DNA of 64,000 bases from an uncultured bacterium (GTDB lineage Bacteria; Actinomycetota; Actinomycetes; S36-B12; CAIKAW01): contig CAIKAW010000031.1 of assembly GCA_903825575.1 (NCBI GenBank), positions 3,469 to 67,468 on the forward strand, written 5' to 3'. Shown here in pieces: positions 1 to 11,801 of this stretch. Every line of letters begins with the position of its first letter. Within the stretch, counting starts at the first letter, position 1. Made by a program: the position numbers and the translations under genes. The notes beneath the pieces were generated by a model. That model did not search any database. It was not told the DNA's origin and worked only from the letters and a program-made list of their open reading frames with translations.

Positions 1-1425
1 GCGGCTGGAACGCTGGCCGGTGGCGAGGCTCAGCGAATCCGTTTGGCCACGCAAATCGGTTCCGGACTCGTCGGAGTTCTTTACGTGCTTGACGAACCGA
101 GTATTGGACTGCACCAACGTGATAACCACCGACTGATCGAAACATTGCTTAGATTGCGCGATTTGGGCAACACCTTGATTGTGGTCGAACACGATGAGGA
201 CACGATTCGTCAGGCGGACTGGGTGGTCGATATCGGCCCTGGCGCCGGTGAGCACGGTGGTCGTGTTGTCGTCTCCGGACCCGTTGCCGATCTGCTGAGC
301 AGTGATGAGTCCATCACTGGTCAGTATCTTTCCGGACGAAGGAAGATAGCGATCCCAGCAACGCGGCGCCCGCCAACTAAGGGTCGCAGTCTGGTGGTAG
401 CTGGGGCTTCCGAGCACAATCTGGCGAACGTCACTGTTGAATTCCCGCTTGGCTGTCTGGTCGCCGTAACTGGTGTGAGCGGCTCAGGTAAGTCGACGTT
501 AGTTAACGATGTGCTTTACGCGGCACTGGCGCGCGAGCTCAATGGCTCCAGACTTGTGCCTGGGCGCCACAAGCGAGTGAGCGGGATCGAGTTGCTCGAC
601 AAGGTCGTGCACGTCGATCAGAGCCCGATCGGGCGCACCCCGCGATCAAACGCAGCTACCTATACCGGAGTGTTTGACCATATTCGCCGCCTGTTCGCTG
701 AAACCCAAGAAGCGAAGATCCGCGGTTATCTCCCCGGACGTTTCTCGTTCAACGTTAAAGGTGGTCGCTGCGAGGCGTGTTCGGGCGATGGAACCTTGAA
801 GATCGAAATGAACTTCCTGCCCGATGTCTACGTTCCTTGTGAAGAGTGTCACGGTGCTCGTTACAACCGGGAAACGCTTGAGGTTCATTTCAAGGCAAAG
901 ACGATCGCTGAGGTGCTTGATATGCCGATCGAAGAGGCGGGGGAGTTCTTCGCTGCTATTCCGGCAATCTCGCGCCATCTGACCACCTTGGTAGATGTGG
1001 GCTTGGGATATGTCCGACTGGGTCAACCGGCTCCGACACTTTCCGGTGGCGAAGCCCAAAGAGTGAAGCTGAGCGCGGAATTGCAGAAACGATCGACCGG
1101 TCGGACTGTGTATGTCTTGGACGAGCCGACTACCGGATTGCACTTTGAAGACATAAGCAAATTGTTGGGGGTGCTTGGTCGGCTCGTAGATGCAGGCAAT
1201 TCGGTAATAGTCATCGAGCACAACCTCGATGTCATCAAAACAGCCGACTGGGTGATCGATCTGGGCCCTGAAGGTGGAGGCAAGGGCGGAAAGGTAGTAG
1301 CAACTGGCACGCCCGAACATGTCGCCACCATTGCCGCCAGCCATACAGGTAGGTTCCTCAAGCCATTGTTGGAACCAAGCAAGCCCCAAACGAAAACCGC
1401 TGCGCGCAAGCGTGCTGCGGGTTAG
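1..1425 (+). CDS. uvrA: Excinuclease ABC subunit A, C-terminal part (5' end upstream of window)
   Basis: Frame is open from nt 1 ([20 protein letters not shown] is an ABC signature). Zn-finger [14 protein letters not shown], second Walker [10 protein letters not shown], second signature [11 protein letters not shown]. Stop at 1423-1425. Confidence 0.95.
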   Translation, partial: AAGTLAGGEAQRIRLATQIGSGLVGVLYVLDEPSIGLHQRDNHRLIETLLRLRDLGNTLIVVEHDEDTIRQADWVVDIGPGAGEHGGRVVVSGPVADLLSSDESITGQYLSGRRKIAIPATRRPPTKGRSLVVAGASEHNLANVTVEFPLGCLVAVTGVSGSGKSTLVNDVLYAALARELNGSRLVPGRHKRVSGIELLDKVVHVDQSPIGRTPRSNAATYTGVFDHIRRLFAETQEAKIRGYLPGRFSFNVKGGRCEACSGDGTLKIEMNFLPDVYVPCEECHGARYNRETLEVHFKAKTIAEVLDMPIEEAGEFFAAIPAISRHLTTLVDVGLGYVRLGQPAPTLSGGEAQRVKLSAELQKRSTGRTVYVLDEPTTGLHFEDISKLLGVLGRLVDAGNSVIVIEHNLDVIKTADWVIDLGPEGGGKGGKVVATGTPEHVATIAASHTGRFLKPLLEPSKPQTKTAARKRAAG

Positions 1426-1433
1426 GAGCCAGC

Positions 1434-1883
1434 ATGGAGTTCGGAACTGTTACGGGACAGGTTTCTCGGCGCACGGTCGTGCTGGGGTCCCTTAGCGCCG
1501 GGCTTTTGACCGCTTGCGGAAGTGGTGCTACCGCTAATCCGAGTTCTCCCGGCCCCGCTTCGGTGGCGGCCTCACAGGGCCCGGTGAGTCCAGGGCTGGT
1601 TCCGACTTCACAGGTGCCGCTCGGTGGAGGTGCAGTCGTGAGCGATGCCCAGGGAAACCCAGTGGTCGTGGTTCAACCTGCGGCAGGTCAGTACCTTGCG
1701 TACAGCGCCGTGTGCCCGCACGCCGGATGCCCGGTGAGCGAGGTTTCGCAGAACCAGATCATCTGTCCCTGCCACGGCAGCGTCTTTAGTTCCACTGACG
1801 GTTCAGTTCTGGGCGGGCCGGCGCCCTCCGGGTTGACGCCAATTCCGGTGAAGGTTAGTGGCGGAGAGGTTGTCGCGGGCTAA
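1434..1883 (+). CDS. Exported Rieske [2Fe-2S] domain lipoprotein
   Basis: N-terminus SRRTVVLGSLSAGLLTAC combines a twin-arginine motif with a lipobox Cys. A Ser/Pro-rich linker follows. C-terminal CPHAGC...CPCHGS is a Rieske motif. Confidence 0.8.
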   Translation: MEFGTVTGQVSRRTVVLGSLSAGLLTACGSGATANPSSPGPASVAASQGPVSPGLVPTSQVPLGGGAVVSDAQGNPVVVVQPAAGQYLAYSAVCPHAGCPVSEVSQNQIICPCHGSVFSSTDGSVLGGPAPSGLTPIPVKVSGGEVVAG

Positions 1884-1900
1884 GGCCTGCGTGCAAGAGT

Positions 1901-3853
1901 GTGCCGGTGGCAGAACTGAGTTATCGACCGGCACCAGGGGCAATACCGCAGGAGCCCGGGGTTTACCGATTCCGGGATGCTTCCGGCCGGATTCTGTACG
2001 TCGGCAAGGCCAAGAATCTGCGTTCGCGACTCACGTCATATTTTCAGGATCCATCAGGACTCCATGTCCGGACCCAAGCGATGCTTCAAGCTTCCGAATC
2101 AGTGGACTGGGTGGTCGTCGGCACCGAAATTGAAGCACTCCAGTTGGAGTACACCTGGATAAAGGAATACGAACCGCGCTTCAACGTCCGGTATCGCGAC
2201 GACAAGAGTTACCCCTACCTTGCCGTGACCATTGCTGAGCCCGTGCCGCGAGCGTTCGTGACCAGAGGAGACAAGCGCAGGGGGGTCCGTTACTTCGGTC
2301 CCTACCCCCAAGTGTGGGCAATTCGTGAGAGCTTGGACTTGCTGCTGCGGGTATTTCCGATTCGCACTTGTTCCGATGCGGTGTTCGGCAGGGCGAAACG
2401 AAGCGGACGTGCCTGCTTATTGGGCGACATCGGCAAATGTTCGGCTCCCTGTGTAGGACGCGTTACGTCGGCTGAGCACCGAACGATGGTTGAGGAATTC
2501 AGTCAGTTCCTCGCCGGTCGCCCAACCAATCAGATTCGTCGGTTGGAACAGGACATGGCCATGGCTGTCGCCGAACTCGACTATGAGCGTGCCGCCCGAC
2601 GTCGTGACGACCTAGTGGCCATTCGAAAGGTTCTGGAACGAACCACGGTGGTACTCAAGGATGACACTTTCGCGGATGTCGTGGCACTATTCGAAGACGA
2701 TCTAGAAGTTGCAGTGCAGGTCTTTCATGTCCGAGCCGGAGCGATACGTGGCCAGCGCGGTTTTGTCGTGGAGAAAGTGGTGGAACTCGACTCGGCTGAT
2801 CTGCTGGAAAGCCTACTAGTCCAAATGTACGCAGACCTAGCTCGGGCGTCGGGTACCTCGAGCGACCGATTGTCGGATCAAATCCCACGCGAAATTCTGG
2901 TCCAAACCTTGCCAGCAAATTCCGAGGTACTGGCGCTTTGGCTTGGCGAACGTGCAGGTCATCGCGTCGATGTACGAGTTCCTGTTCGGGGCGCGAAAGC
3001 GGCACTCATGGCTACGGTGACAGAGAACGCTCGCCAAGAATTAGCCCGGCACAAGATCGCTCGAACGGGGGATCTGACAAAGCGTGGGCAGGCCTTGGCG
3101 CAACTTCAATTGAACTTAGGGTTGGCGCAGGCGCCACTGCGTATTGAGTGCATCGATGTGTCGAATCTTCAGGGGACCGATGTGGTTGCGTCTTTGGTTG
3201 TTTTCGAGGATGGACTACCGCGCAAGTCCGAGTATCGACGATTCATCATCAAAGACGTCGTCGGCCAAGATGATGTGCGAAGTATCGCTGAAGTGGTGAC
3301 CCGCCGATTCCGGCCAGAAGCAGACGACCTTGCCGCGCCTAGCGGGGAATCCGCACGTCGCCCACCTCGTTTTGCCTACCAACCGCAACTTCTGGTGATC
3401 GATGGCGGCCGACCCCAGGTTGCAGCAGGGGCCGCCGCTTTGGCTCGGGTGGGCGCTGAAGCTGTGCCGGTAATCGGATTGGCCAAACGCATGGAAGAAG
3501 TGTGGTTACCCGGGTCGGATGTGCCGGTGATCATGTCTCGTAGCAGCGAGGGCTTGTACCTGCTGCAGCGGATTCGAGATGAGGCTCATCGCTTTGCGAT
3601 CGCCTTCCACCGGCAGCGGCGCAGCAACCGCATGGTCGCAAGTGCGCTCGATGACGTCCCTGGCTTAGGCCCAAAACGTCGAACCGCACTGTTGTCCCAT
3701 TTCGGTTCGGTCGCCGCCATCCGTTCGGCCACCGCAGACGAATTGGCTCACGTGCCAGGTGTCGGCCCTGCATTGGCTCAACAAATCATGCAGGTTTTGG
3801 TCGGTGAGCCGGGTGGTATCAACGTGTCCACCGGTGAGATCCTCGATCCATGA
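1901..3853 (+). CDS. uvrC: Excinuclease ABC subunit C
   Basis: GIY-YIG N-terminus (PGVYRFRDASGRILYVGKAKNLRSRL). UVR-like helix (LDYERAARRRDDL). C-terminal HhH pair (VPGLGPKRRTALL, VPGVGPALAQ). GTG start at 1901. Confidence 0.95.
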   Translation: MPVAELSYRPAPGAIPQEPGVYRFRDASGRILYVGKAKNLRSRLTSYFQDPSGLHVRTQAMLQASESVDWVVVGTEIEALQLEYTWIKEYEPRFNVRYRDDKSYPYLAVTIAEPVPRAFVTRGDKRRGVRYFGPYPQVWAIRESLDLLLRVFPIRTCSDAVFGRAKRSGRACLLGDIGKCSAPCVGRVTSAEHRTMVEEFSQFLAGRPTNQIRRLEQDMAMAVAELDYERAARRRDDLVAIRKVLERTTVVLKDDTFADVVALFEDDLEVAVQVFHVRAGAIRGQRGFVVEKVVELDSADLLESLLVQMYADLARASGTSSDRLSDQIPREILVQTLPANSEVLALWLGERAGHRVDVRVPVRGAKAALMATVTENARQELARHKIARTGDLTKRGQALAQLQLNLGLAQAPLRIECIDVSNLQGTDVVASLVVFEDGLPRKSEYRRFIIKDVVGQDDVRSIAEVVTRRFRPEADDLAAPSGESARRPPRFAYQPQLLVIDGGRPQVAAGAAALARVGAEAVPVIGLAKRMEEVWLPGSDVPVIMSRSSEGLYLLQRIRDEAHRFAIAFHRQRRSNRMVASALDDVPGLGPKRRTALLSHFGSVAAIRSATADELAHVPGVGPALAQQIMQVLVGEPGGINVSTGEILDP

Positions 3854-3875
3854 CGCTGAATTCCGGGATGTAACG

Positions 3876-4763
3876 ATGACTGAAGATGCACTGGCACCTG
3901 CTCCGAAGTCAAAGCTTGAGGTCACCCTCGTCACAGGTATGTCGGGGGCAGGACGCTCAACTGCGGCGCGGGTGCTTGAGGACCTGGGGTGGTTTGTCAT
4001 CGACAATCTGCTCCCACCGCTTCTTGGCGAAATGCTGACCTTGATTGAGTCCGAAGGGGAGGAGCTTCGGGTCGCGGTTGTCGTAGATGTTCGGAGCGGA
4101 TCGTTCTTTAGGTCCTTGCAGGAGGCAATCGGTCGGTTGCGTAGTGCAGATTACGATTTCCGGATCCTGTTCCTTGAGGCTGACGACCAAACTTTGGTGC
4201 GACGCTTCGAATCAAGTCGACGACCACATCCATTGCAGGGTTCCCGACTCCTTGACGGCGTTGAGGCCGAGCGAGCATTGCTTAGCGATCTTCGTGGCAA
4301 CGCTGACCTTGTGATCGACACTTCAACCTTGAATGTCCATGAACTGCGCCGAGCGGTTGAAGCCGCATTTCCCGACGAAGAAGCGGTCCGCCTTCGCGCA
4401 ACGGTGCTGTCGTTCGGTTTCAAATACGGGCTGCCCGTGGATGCGGACGTCGTGGCCGACGTTCGCTTCCTCCCGAATCCGTACTGGGACGCCGAACTTC
4501 GACCGCTAACGGGGTTGAACGCCGCGGTCAATGATTTCGTGATTGACAGCCCGCAAGCCCCGGAATTCCTTGCCCGCTATGCGGCCCTTCTCGACCTCAT
4601 GTCGGATGGGTACCTGCGCGAGGGCAAGCGATACGTCACGGTTGCGATTGGGTGTACCGGCGGAAAACATCGCAGCGTGGCAATGGCCGAGAACCTGGCT
4701 GCGCGTCTAGTTAAGTCCGGGGTTGAGACTTTGGTGGTCCACCGAGACCTTGGGCGCGAGTAG
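3876..4763 (+). CDS. rapZ: RNase adapter / nucleotide-binding protein RapZ (YvcJ family)
   Basis: Walker [10 protein letters not shown] near the N-terminus and the C-terminal [10 protein letters not shown] motif. ATG 3876 chosen because the longer ORF from 3759 overlaps the uvrC 3' end. Confidence 0.9.
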   Translation: MTEDALAPAPKSKLEVTLVTGMSGAGRSTAARVLEDLGWFVIDNLLPPLLGEMLTLIESEGEELRVAVVVDVRSGSFFRSLQEAIGRLRSADYDFRILFLEADDQTLVRRFESSRRPHPLQGSRLLDGVEAERALLSDLRGNADLVIDTSTLNVHELRRAVEAAFPDEEAVRLRATVLSFGFKYGLPVDADVVADVRFLPNPYWDAELRPLTGLNAAVNDFVIDSPQAPEFLARYAALLDLMSDGYLREGKRYVTVAIGCTGGKHRSVAMAENLAARLVKSGVETLVVHRDLGRE

Positions 4764-4824
4764 ACCTGCGGGGTCCAGCCGGGCAGGGCGAATCGGTGCT
4801 TGCGCCGCGTGGGAGGATCAGCCC

Positions 4825-5805
4825 ATGGCAATGACCGCGGCAATCAAGGACGAGCTGAGCCACCTTGAGATAACCAAGATTTGTTGCCGAAAGGCAGAGG
4901 TTTCGACCGTGCTGAGGTTCGCCGGCGGACTGCATTTGGTGGCCGGAAGAATAGTCGTGGAAGCCGAAGTGGATTCCGGTGCCGTTGCCAGGCGGCTGCG
5001 CAAGGACATTGCCGATGTTTACGGTCAGACGGCCGAGGTGGCCATGGTGCACGGAAACGGCTTGCGCAAGGGATCTCGCTATGTGGTTCGAGTCGTCGCA
5101 GAGGGCGATCGCTTGGCTCGTCAGACCGGCTTGGTAGATGCCAGTGGCCGCCCGGTCCGAGGCTTGCCGCCGGCTGTCGTCAGCGGGGCCGTTTGCGATG
5201 CCGAAGCGGCCTGGAGAGGCGCCTTTCTTGCCCACGGTTCGCTGACGGAACCTGGTCGGTCTTCGTCCCTAGAGATCACTGCCCCTGGCCCTGAGGCGGC
5301 CTTGGCTTTGGTTGGGGCTGCCCGACGGTTGGGGATCGCTGCTAAAGCCCGCGAAGTTCGCGGTGTGGATCGGGTGGTTATCCGGGACGGCGACGCCATC
5401 AGCGCACTACTGGCCCGATTGGGCGCGCATGAAGGCGTTATGGCCTGGGAGGACCGCAGGTTGCGGCGAGAAGTCCGGGCGACCGCAAATCGGTTGGCGA
5501 ACTTCGACGATGCGAATCTAAGGCGGTCGGCTCGAGCAGCGGTGGCTGCCGGCGCCCGCGTCGAGCGAGCGTTGCTGATCCTTGGATCGGAAGTTCCGGA
5601 TCACTTGGCCGAGGCGGGAAGACTTCGCATGGAACACCGGCAGGCAAGCCTGGAGGAATTGGGCACCATGGCTGATCCGCCGATGACAAAGGACGCGATT
5701 GCCGGTCGGGTGAGACGACTGTTGGCCTTGGCCGATAAGCGTGCTGAGGAACTGGGCATCCCGAACACTGAGGCTGGGCTTTCCCCGGATCTGCTCGGGT
5801 ACTAG
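4825..5805 (+). CDS. whiA: DNA-binding sporulation/cell-division regulator WhiA
   Basis: N-terminus [32 protein letters not shown] and a C-terminal HTH ([30 protein letters not shown]) are typical of WhiA. ATG 4825 is preceded by GGGAGGA. Confidence 0.9.
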   Translation: MAMTAAIKDELSHLEITKICCRKAEVSTVLRFAGGLHLVAGRIVVEAEVDSGAVARRLRKDIADVYGQTAEVAMVHGNGLRKGSRYVVRVVAEGDRLARQTGLVDASGRPVRGLPPAVVSGAVCDAEAAWRGAFLAHGSLTEPGRSSSLEITAPGPEAALALVGAARRLGIAAKAREVRGVDRVVIRDGDAISALLARLGAHEGVMAWEDRRLRREVRATANRLANFDDANLRRSARAAVAAGARVERALLILGSEVPDHLAEAGRLRMEHRQASLEELGTMADPPMTKDAIAGRVRRLLALADKRAEELGIPNTEAGLSPDLLGY

Positions 5806-5831
5806 GCATTGCCCAGTGCTGGGCGGAATGA

Positions 5832-6899
<1,068 letters not shown>

Positions 6900-6901
6900 C
6901 G

Positions 6902-8110
6902 ATGCTGACCCTCGACGACCTGGACGTCAGCGGACGTACCGTTCTGGTTCGATCTGACCTCAACGTTCCGTTGTCGACAGATCCATCAGGTCGCGTCTAC
7001 ATCACCGATGACGGCCGGATCCGCGCCAGCGTCGCGACGATAGCGCTCCTCGTGTCAAGAGGGGCAAGGGTGGTCGTTTGTGCCCACCTAGGACGTCCGA
7101 AAGGCGTGATTGACCCGGGTCTTTCACTGCGTCCAGTAGCCGCGCGTTTGGCGGAGCTCCTCGGCCAGCCGGTGGAGTTCGCAACGGACATCACCGGCCC
7201 ATTGGCGCGAGAAACGGTTGCGCAACTGGGTGATGGAAGCGTGCTGCTGCTTGAAAACCTACGCTTCGACGCCCGCGAGACCAGCAAGGATCCGGTCCAA
7301 CGCCAACAGCTTGCCGGTGAACTTGCGGCCTTAGCGGATTGCTATGTGGCTGATGGTTTCGGCGTTGTCCATAGGGAACAAGCAAGTGTCACCGATGTTG
7401 CTCGGCTCCTGCCGTCGGCTGCCGGCATTCTCGTTCTGGCCGAAATCAGAGCATTTGCTGCAGTCCTAGAGGATCCAGTTCGTCCATATGTGGTGGTTCT
7501 CGGTGGGGCGAAAGTCTCAGACAAACTCGCCGTGATCTCTAATCTGATGAAGTCGGTAGACGCCTTGTGCATCGGCGGGGGAATGTGCTTCACCTTCCTG
7601 GCGGCGCAGGGGCTATCGGTGGGCGCCTCGTTGCTTGAGGCCGACCAGATCGGTGCAGTGCAATCGATGCTGCAGGAAGCAACTGCCTCTGGTGTTCAAA
7701 TCGTTCTTCCCACCGATGTAGTTGTGGCGGATCGCTTCGCAGCCGATGCCGAACATCAGATCGTGCCGGTTGATTCAATTCCTGAGGGTTGGCTTGGGTT
7801 GGACATTGGCCCAGCGTCCGCAGCAGCATTTGCCGCAGTCGTGTCAGCCGCTCACACTGTTGTGTGGAACGGCCCAATGGGCGTGTTCGAATTCGAATCC
7901 TTCGCACAAGGGACGCGGGTAGTTGCCGAGGCCATGACTCGAGTCGCCGGCACCACCGTCGTTGGCGGCGGTGACTCGGCCGCCGCTATTCGATTGCTTG
8001 GGATCCCCGAATCTGGCTTCAGCCACATCAGTACCGGCGGAGGCGCCAGCCTCGAACTTCTTGAAGGCAAAGAATTGCCGGGCCTAAGCGTGTTAAGGGA
8101 GCGGCAGTGA
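6902..8110 (+). CDS. pgk: Phosphoglycerate kinase
   Basis: RSDLNVP N-terminal motif, C-terminal VGGGDSAAA and [13 protein letters not shown]; lies directly after gap. Confidence 0.97.
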   Translation: MLTLDDLDVSGRTVLVRSDLNVPLSTDPSGRVYITDDGRIRASVATIALLVSRGARVVVCAHLGRPKGVIDPGLSLRPVAARLAELLGQPVEFATDITGPLARETVAQLGDGSVLLLENLRFDARETSKDPVQRQQLAGELAALADCYVADGFGVVHREQASVTDVARLLPSAAGILVLAEIRAFAAVLEDPVRPYVVVLGGAKVSDKLAVISNLMKSVDALCIGGGMCFTFLAAQGLSVGASLLEADQIGAVQSMLQEATASGVQIVLPTDVVVADRFAADAEHQIVPVDSIPEGWLGLDIGPASAAAFAAVVSAAHTVVWNGPMGVFEFESFAQGTRVVAEAMTRVAGTTVVGGGDSAAAIRLLGIPESGFSHISTGGGASLELLEGKELPGLSVLRERQ

Positions 8111-8925
8111 GCAAAGCAACCCGAAGCCCCAAGTCTGGCGATCAGCGGCTGCCGCTTCTTGCTGGTAACTGGAAGATGAACTACCACCACCTAGAAGCAA
8201 TCGCGTTGGTCCAGAAACTGGCATTTGCGCTTCGACCGGATGATTTGGTGGCCGCTGAGGTTGTCGTAATCCCTCCGTATACCGACATAAGGTCTGTGCA
8301 AACCTTGATCGACGCAGACAAGCTCGCTTTGAAGTACGGCGCCCAAGATCTTTCAATGCATGATTCAGGGGCGTTCACCGGCGAAATCAGTGGTGCGATG
8401 CTGGCCAAACTTGGGGTTAGTTTTGTAATCGTCGGGCACAGCGAGCGCCGCCAATTTCACTACGAAGATGACGCCGTCGTGCAGGCGAAGACCGCGGCTG
8501 CACACCGGGTGGGTTTGACTCCAATCGTGTGTGTCGGTGAAGGGCTGGCGGTGCGCCAAGCGGGTGCTGCCGTGTCCCATGCTGTCGGGCAGCTACTCGC
8601 GGCGCTTTCCGGACTAACGCCAGAGCAGGTGGCCAAGACCGTCGTCGCCTATGAACCAATCTGGGCAATCGGCACCGGCGAAGTGGCGACTCCGGCAGAT
8701 GCTCAAGAGGTTTGTGGTGCCTTACGGACCGCAGTGGCCGAGCATTTCGATTCAGTGACGGCCGAAGCCGTTCGGATCCTCTACGGCGGTTCAGTTCGGG
8801 CCAGCAACATCGCGGCCATCATGGCGGAGGTGGACGTGGACGGTGCATTAGTGGGCGGCGCAAGCCTGGACGCCGATGAATTCGTCGCAATCTGCCGTTA
8901 CCGACTAATGTCAGCAGCAGAATGA
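8107..8925 (+). CDS. tpiA: Triosephosphate isomerase
   Basis: AGNWKMN, VGHSERR and [11 protein letters not shown] motifs. GTGA overlap with the pgk stop. Confidence 0.95.
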   Translation: MSKATRSPKSGDQRLPLLAGNWKMNYHHLEAIALVQKLAFALRPDDLVAAEVVVIPPYTDIRSVQTLIDADKLALKYGAQDLSMHDSGAFTGEISGAMLAKLGVSFVIVGHSERRQFHYEDDAVVQAKTAAAHRVGLTPIVCVGEGLAVRQAGAAVSHAVGQLLAALSGLTPEQVAKTVVAYEPIWAIGTGEVATPADAQEVCGALRTAVAEHFDSVTAEAVRILYGGSVRASNIAAIMAEVDVDGALVGGASLDADEFVAICRYRLMSAAE

Positions 8926-8974
8926 GGACCACCGGGCGCCACGTAGGCTGGAGCGCCCCCACCCAGGAGGAATC

Positions 8975-9208
8975 ATGATCGCGGCACTTGAAATAGTGCT
9001 TGCCCTGACGAGCGTGCTGCTGATCGTTCTCGTGCTGCTCCACCGTGGCAAGGGCGGCGGCTTGTCGGACTTGTTCGGCGGCGGTGTGAGTTCGTCACTC
9101 GGTGGGTCTTCGGTCGCGGAACGCAATCTAGACCGCATCACCATCGCACTTGGGCTGATCTGGGCCGCCACAATCGTTGGGCTCGGACTGTTGCTGAAGA
9201 ACCGCTGA
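8975..9208 (+). CDS. secG: Preprotein translocase subunit SecG
   Basis: 77-aa protein with two hydrophobic helices and the LLHRGKGGGLSDLFGG motif, in the conserved position after tpiA. Confidence 0.85.
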   Translation: MIAALEIVLALTSVLLIVLVLLHRGKGGGLSDLFGGGVSSSLGGSSVAERNLDRITIALGLIWAATIVGLGLLLKNR

Positions 9209-9235
9209 CGCGGTTCCAATTCGAAGGAGAACGTC

Positions 9236-9571
9236 GTGGGCAGTGGGAGCGCAATTCGTGGCAGCCGGGTGGGCGCCGGGCCGATGGGCGAGGCCGAACG
9301 TGGCGATGTTGCCGAGCGACTACACGTAACTTTCTACTGCGCCAAGGGTCACCAGACCAAACCCAGCTTCGCTGCGGACGCGCCGATTCCAGAAACTTGG
9401 GATTGCCCCAGATGTGGGCTACCGGCCAGTCAGGATGCGGACAATCCTCCGGCTGCTCCCAAGGTCGAGCCGTATAAGACCCACCTGGCCTATGTCAAGG
9501 AACGGCGCTCGGATGTTGACGGCGATGCCATCTTGACCGAAGCACTTGATCGGTACCGCGGCAAGTTCTGA
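9236..9571 (+). CDS. rbpA: RNA polymerase-binding protein RbpA
   Basis: 111 aa. N-terminal IRGSRVGAG, a CPRCG Zn-ribbon-like element, and a C-terminal sigma-interaction-like helix (KTHLAYVKERRSD..LTEALDRYR). Confidence 0.8.
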   Translation: MGSGSAIRGSRVGAGPMGEAERGDVAERLHVTFYCAKGHQTKPSFAADAPIPETWDCPRCGLPASQDADNPPAAPKVEPYKTHLAYVKERRSDVDGDAILTEALDRYRGKF

Positions 9572-9593
9572 CCGCATAGCGACGTAGTAGGGA

Positions 9594-10967
9594 TTAGTGG
9601 GCGCGACGTCTTCGGCCCGGTCGTGTTTTGATTCGGGTGCGAGATCGGTCGAGGTTCTCGGCGGGCGTAGCCGGGCCAAGGATCAATTGGACTCGTCCGC
9701 CGCCGCCAGCCGCCGCTGCCAACCGGAGTTGTCCGCCGGACGACTCTGCGGTGCGTCGGGCGATATCTAGTCCCAGACCCGTAGAGCCCCCAAGCGACTG
9801 GCCGCGACCGACAACGTCAGTGCTGGGAAACCCTGATCCGGTGTCGTCGACAGTTAGTGAGATCCAGCCGCTTCCGGCGGGCGTTAAACGAACGGCAAAA
9901 CCCGTTCCGTCAGGGGTGTGTTCGAACACATTCCCTAATAACGCGTCTAAGGCGTCACCTAAGTCGGCAGCATCGACGCGAACGGGCCAATGTCCTGTCG
10001 GGATGTCCACATGGACATATCGGCCTTGATCTTCAGCCAGAACCAACCAGAAGCCAACCCTTTCACGAGCAACCACGCCCGCGTCGCACAGCGGGAGTGC
10101 GCCCTCGCGAACTGGACGGCGGGCTTCTTGGATTACGGCATCGACCATCCGAGTCATTTGGTCAACGTCAGCCCCCAACCGTTCTCGCTCAAGGGGGTCA
10201 GTAAGTCCATCTGAGTCAAGCCGCAAGGCGGTGACGGGAGTGCGTAAGCGGTGAGCGAGGTCGGCGACTTGTTCGCGTTCACCGCGCAAGAGTTCACCGA
10301 TTCGGGCAGCCAATCGATTAAGCAGTTCCCCCACCTGCCGGATCTCTGGTGGTCCAGCAGGTGCCACATGGGTGGACAGGTCACCGGCTGCCAGTCCCTC
10401 AGCAGCGGCGGCTAGCGCCTTGATCGGAGTCAAGAAGGAGCGAGCAAGTTGGTAACCGACGAGCAAAGCAAGGAGCAGCAGGATCAAGCTCAGCCCGATC
10501 AGGGTGAACCGAGCTTTAGCAACTCCGCGAAGCAGGTAACTGTCGGGGATGAATACTCGAACTACTGCGTATGTCCCCCCCGACGTTGCACCAACTGGAT
10601 CAAGTAGTTCCCGGCCCCCTGTTACCGGCACGAACGCTGCCTGCGGGTGTCCGGCAGCGAATAACGCCCTGATCAACGCATCTGGAGGCGCGGGGACACC
10701 GGCCACTGAGTTCCCGCCACTTAGGAACACCGTCGCCGGATGAACGGCCCCAGCGTTGAAGACAGCAACCGTGGTGGCCAAAGATGTTGTACCGCCGCTA
10801 CCTGCATCCGCACCAAGAAGTGCGACTAGAGGCTGCACCTCAAGGGCAACTTGGTTCTGTGCCTTGTCGATAGCGAATTCGCCAACCAATATCCATAGCG
10901 GTACCAAGAATGCAAGTAGAACCAAGGTTGTGGCCGCTGTGATGGTGATCAGGATGCGCCGTGTCAT
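9594..10967 (-). CDS. Two-component sensor histidine kinase
   Basis: Two TM segments flank an extracytoplasmic domain, followed by HAMP. H-box LAHRLRTPVTAL, N box LGNVFEHT, G boxes DDTGSGF and GLGLDIARR. ATG 10967 forms an ATGA overlap with the regulator stop. Confidence 0.9.
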   Translation of the reverse strand: MTRRILITITAATTLVLLAFLVPLWILVGEFAIDKAQNQVALEVQPLVALLGADAGSGGTTSLATTVAVFNAGAVHPATVFLSGGNSVAGVPAPPDALIRALFAAGHPQAAFVPVTGGRELLDPVGATSGGTYAVVRVFIPDSYLLRGVAKARFTLIGLSLILLLLALLVGYQLARSFLTPIKALAAAAEGLAAGDLSTHVAPAGPPEIRQVGELLNRLAARIGELLRGEREQVADLAHRLRTPVTALRLDSDGLTDPLERERLGADVDQMTRMVDAVIQEARRPVREGALPLCDAGVVARERVGFWLVLAEDQGRYVHVDIPTGHWPVRVDAADLGDALDALLGNVFEHTPDGTGFAVRLTPAGSGWISLTVDDTGSGFPSTDVVGRGQSLGGSTGLGLDIARRTAESSGGQLRLAAAAGGGGRVQLILGPATPAENLDRSRTRIKTRPGRRRRAH

Positions 10968-11659
10968 GCGTGACTGCTTGCTCCTGGATCGATCAATTTC
11001 ACCCCAACGCCTCGAACGGTAACTAGGAATCTCGGCTCGCTGGCATTTTCCCCTAGCTTGCGCCGCAGCCAAGACAGGTGAACGTCGACTGTCTTGTCGG
11101 CTCCGCCGTACGGCAAACGCCACACCTCAGCAAGCAGTTCGCGCTTTGTAACTACTTGACCGGGCCGAGCGGCGAGGTAGGCCAACAGGTCAAACTCGCG
11201 CGGTGAAAGTTCGAGCGGCCTACCGTCAACAGATACGTCCCGCGACCGCGGGTCGATCAGAAGGCCCCCAATTTCCAAAACCTTGGGCGCATCCTCCGGC
11301 AAGGACCGACGCAGGACCGCGCGGATTCGGGCGTCCAGTTGAGCAGCGCTATATGGCTTCAGGACGTAATCATCGGCACCTGCATCAAGCGCGCGAACTA
11401 TTTGAGCGTCATCGTCGCGTGCGGTGGCGATAATGACTGGCACCTTGCTGACTGCCCGCAACATGCGTAGAAGTTCAACGCCGTCCAGGTCGGGCAATCC
11501 GAGGTCAAGAATCACCAGGTCGGGCTCAGAACTGACGGCCTCTTGCAACCCACTCATGGCATCAGGGGCGGACCGGACGACATGTCCTCGTTCGGTCAAA
11601 GCACGGATGACCGCACCTCGGATGCCGGGGTCGTCTTCGACTAAGAGCAGACTGGCCAT
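10964..11659 (-). CDS. OmpR/PhoB-family response regulator
   Basis: Receiver domain (LLLVEDDP, DLVILDLGLPDLDG) plus a winged-helix output domain (VDVHLSWLRRKL). Confidence 0.93.
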   Translation of the reverse strand: MASLLLVEDDPGIRGAVIRALTERGHVVRSAPDAMSGLQEAVSSEPDLVILDLGLPDLDGVELLRMLRAVSKVPVIIATARDDDAQIVRALDAGADDYVLKPYSAAQLDARIRAVLRRSLPEDAPKVLEIGGLLIDPRSRDVSVDGRPLELSPREFDLLAYLAARPGQVVTKRELLAEVWRLPYGGADKTVDVHLSWLRRKLGENASEPRFLVTVRGVGVKLIDPGASSHA

Positions 11660-11801
11660 GGGCTCACCGTAGACGTTTAGACCTTAGGTCCGAAGGCGAC
11701 CCGGCTCAGAATCCTTCGGTCGTACTTGCGACGGGGATACCGCAGGGCCTATTTAGCACTGGCTTAACCATTGGGCGGCGGCCAACTGGCACAATCGTCG
11801 T

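Noticed and set aside
646-1389. 247-aa and 128-aa ORFs antisense to uvrA
   Set aside because: They lie entirely within a gene that has unmistakable UvrA motifs on the opposite strand. Long antisense frames are expected at this GC content, and they carry no motifs.
11681-11691. Small palindrome GACCT-T-AGGTC and a CCGAAGG/CCTTCGG inverted repeat in the two-component-system divergent promoter region
   Set aside because: These are short motifs expected by chance in 140 nt, and there is no second copy or comparative support. Noted only as a possible autoregulatory site.
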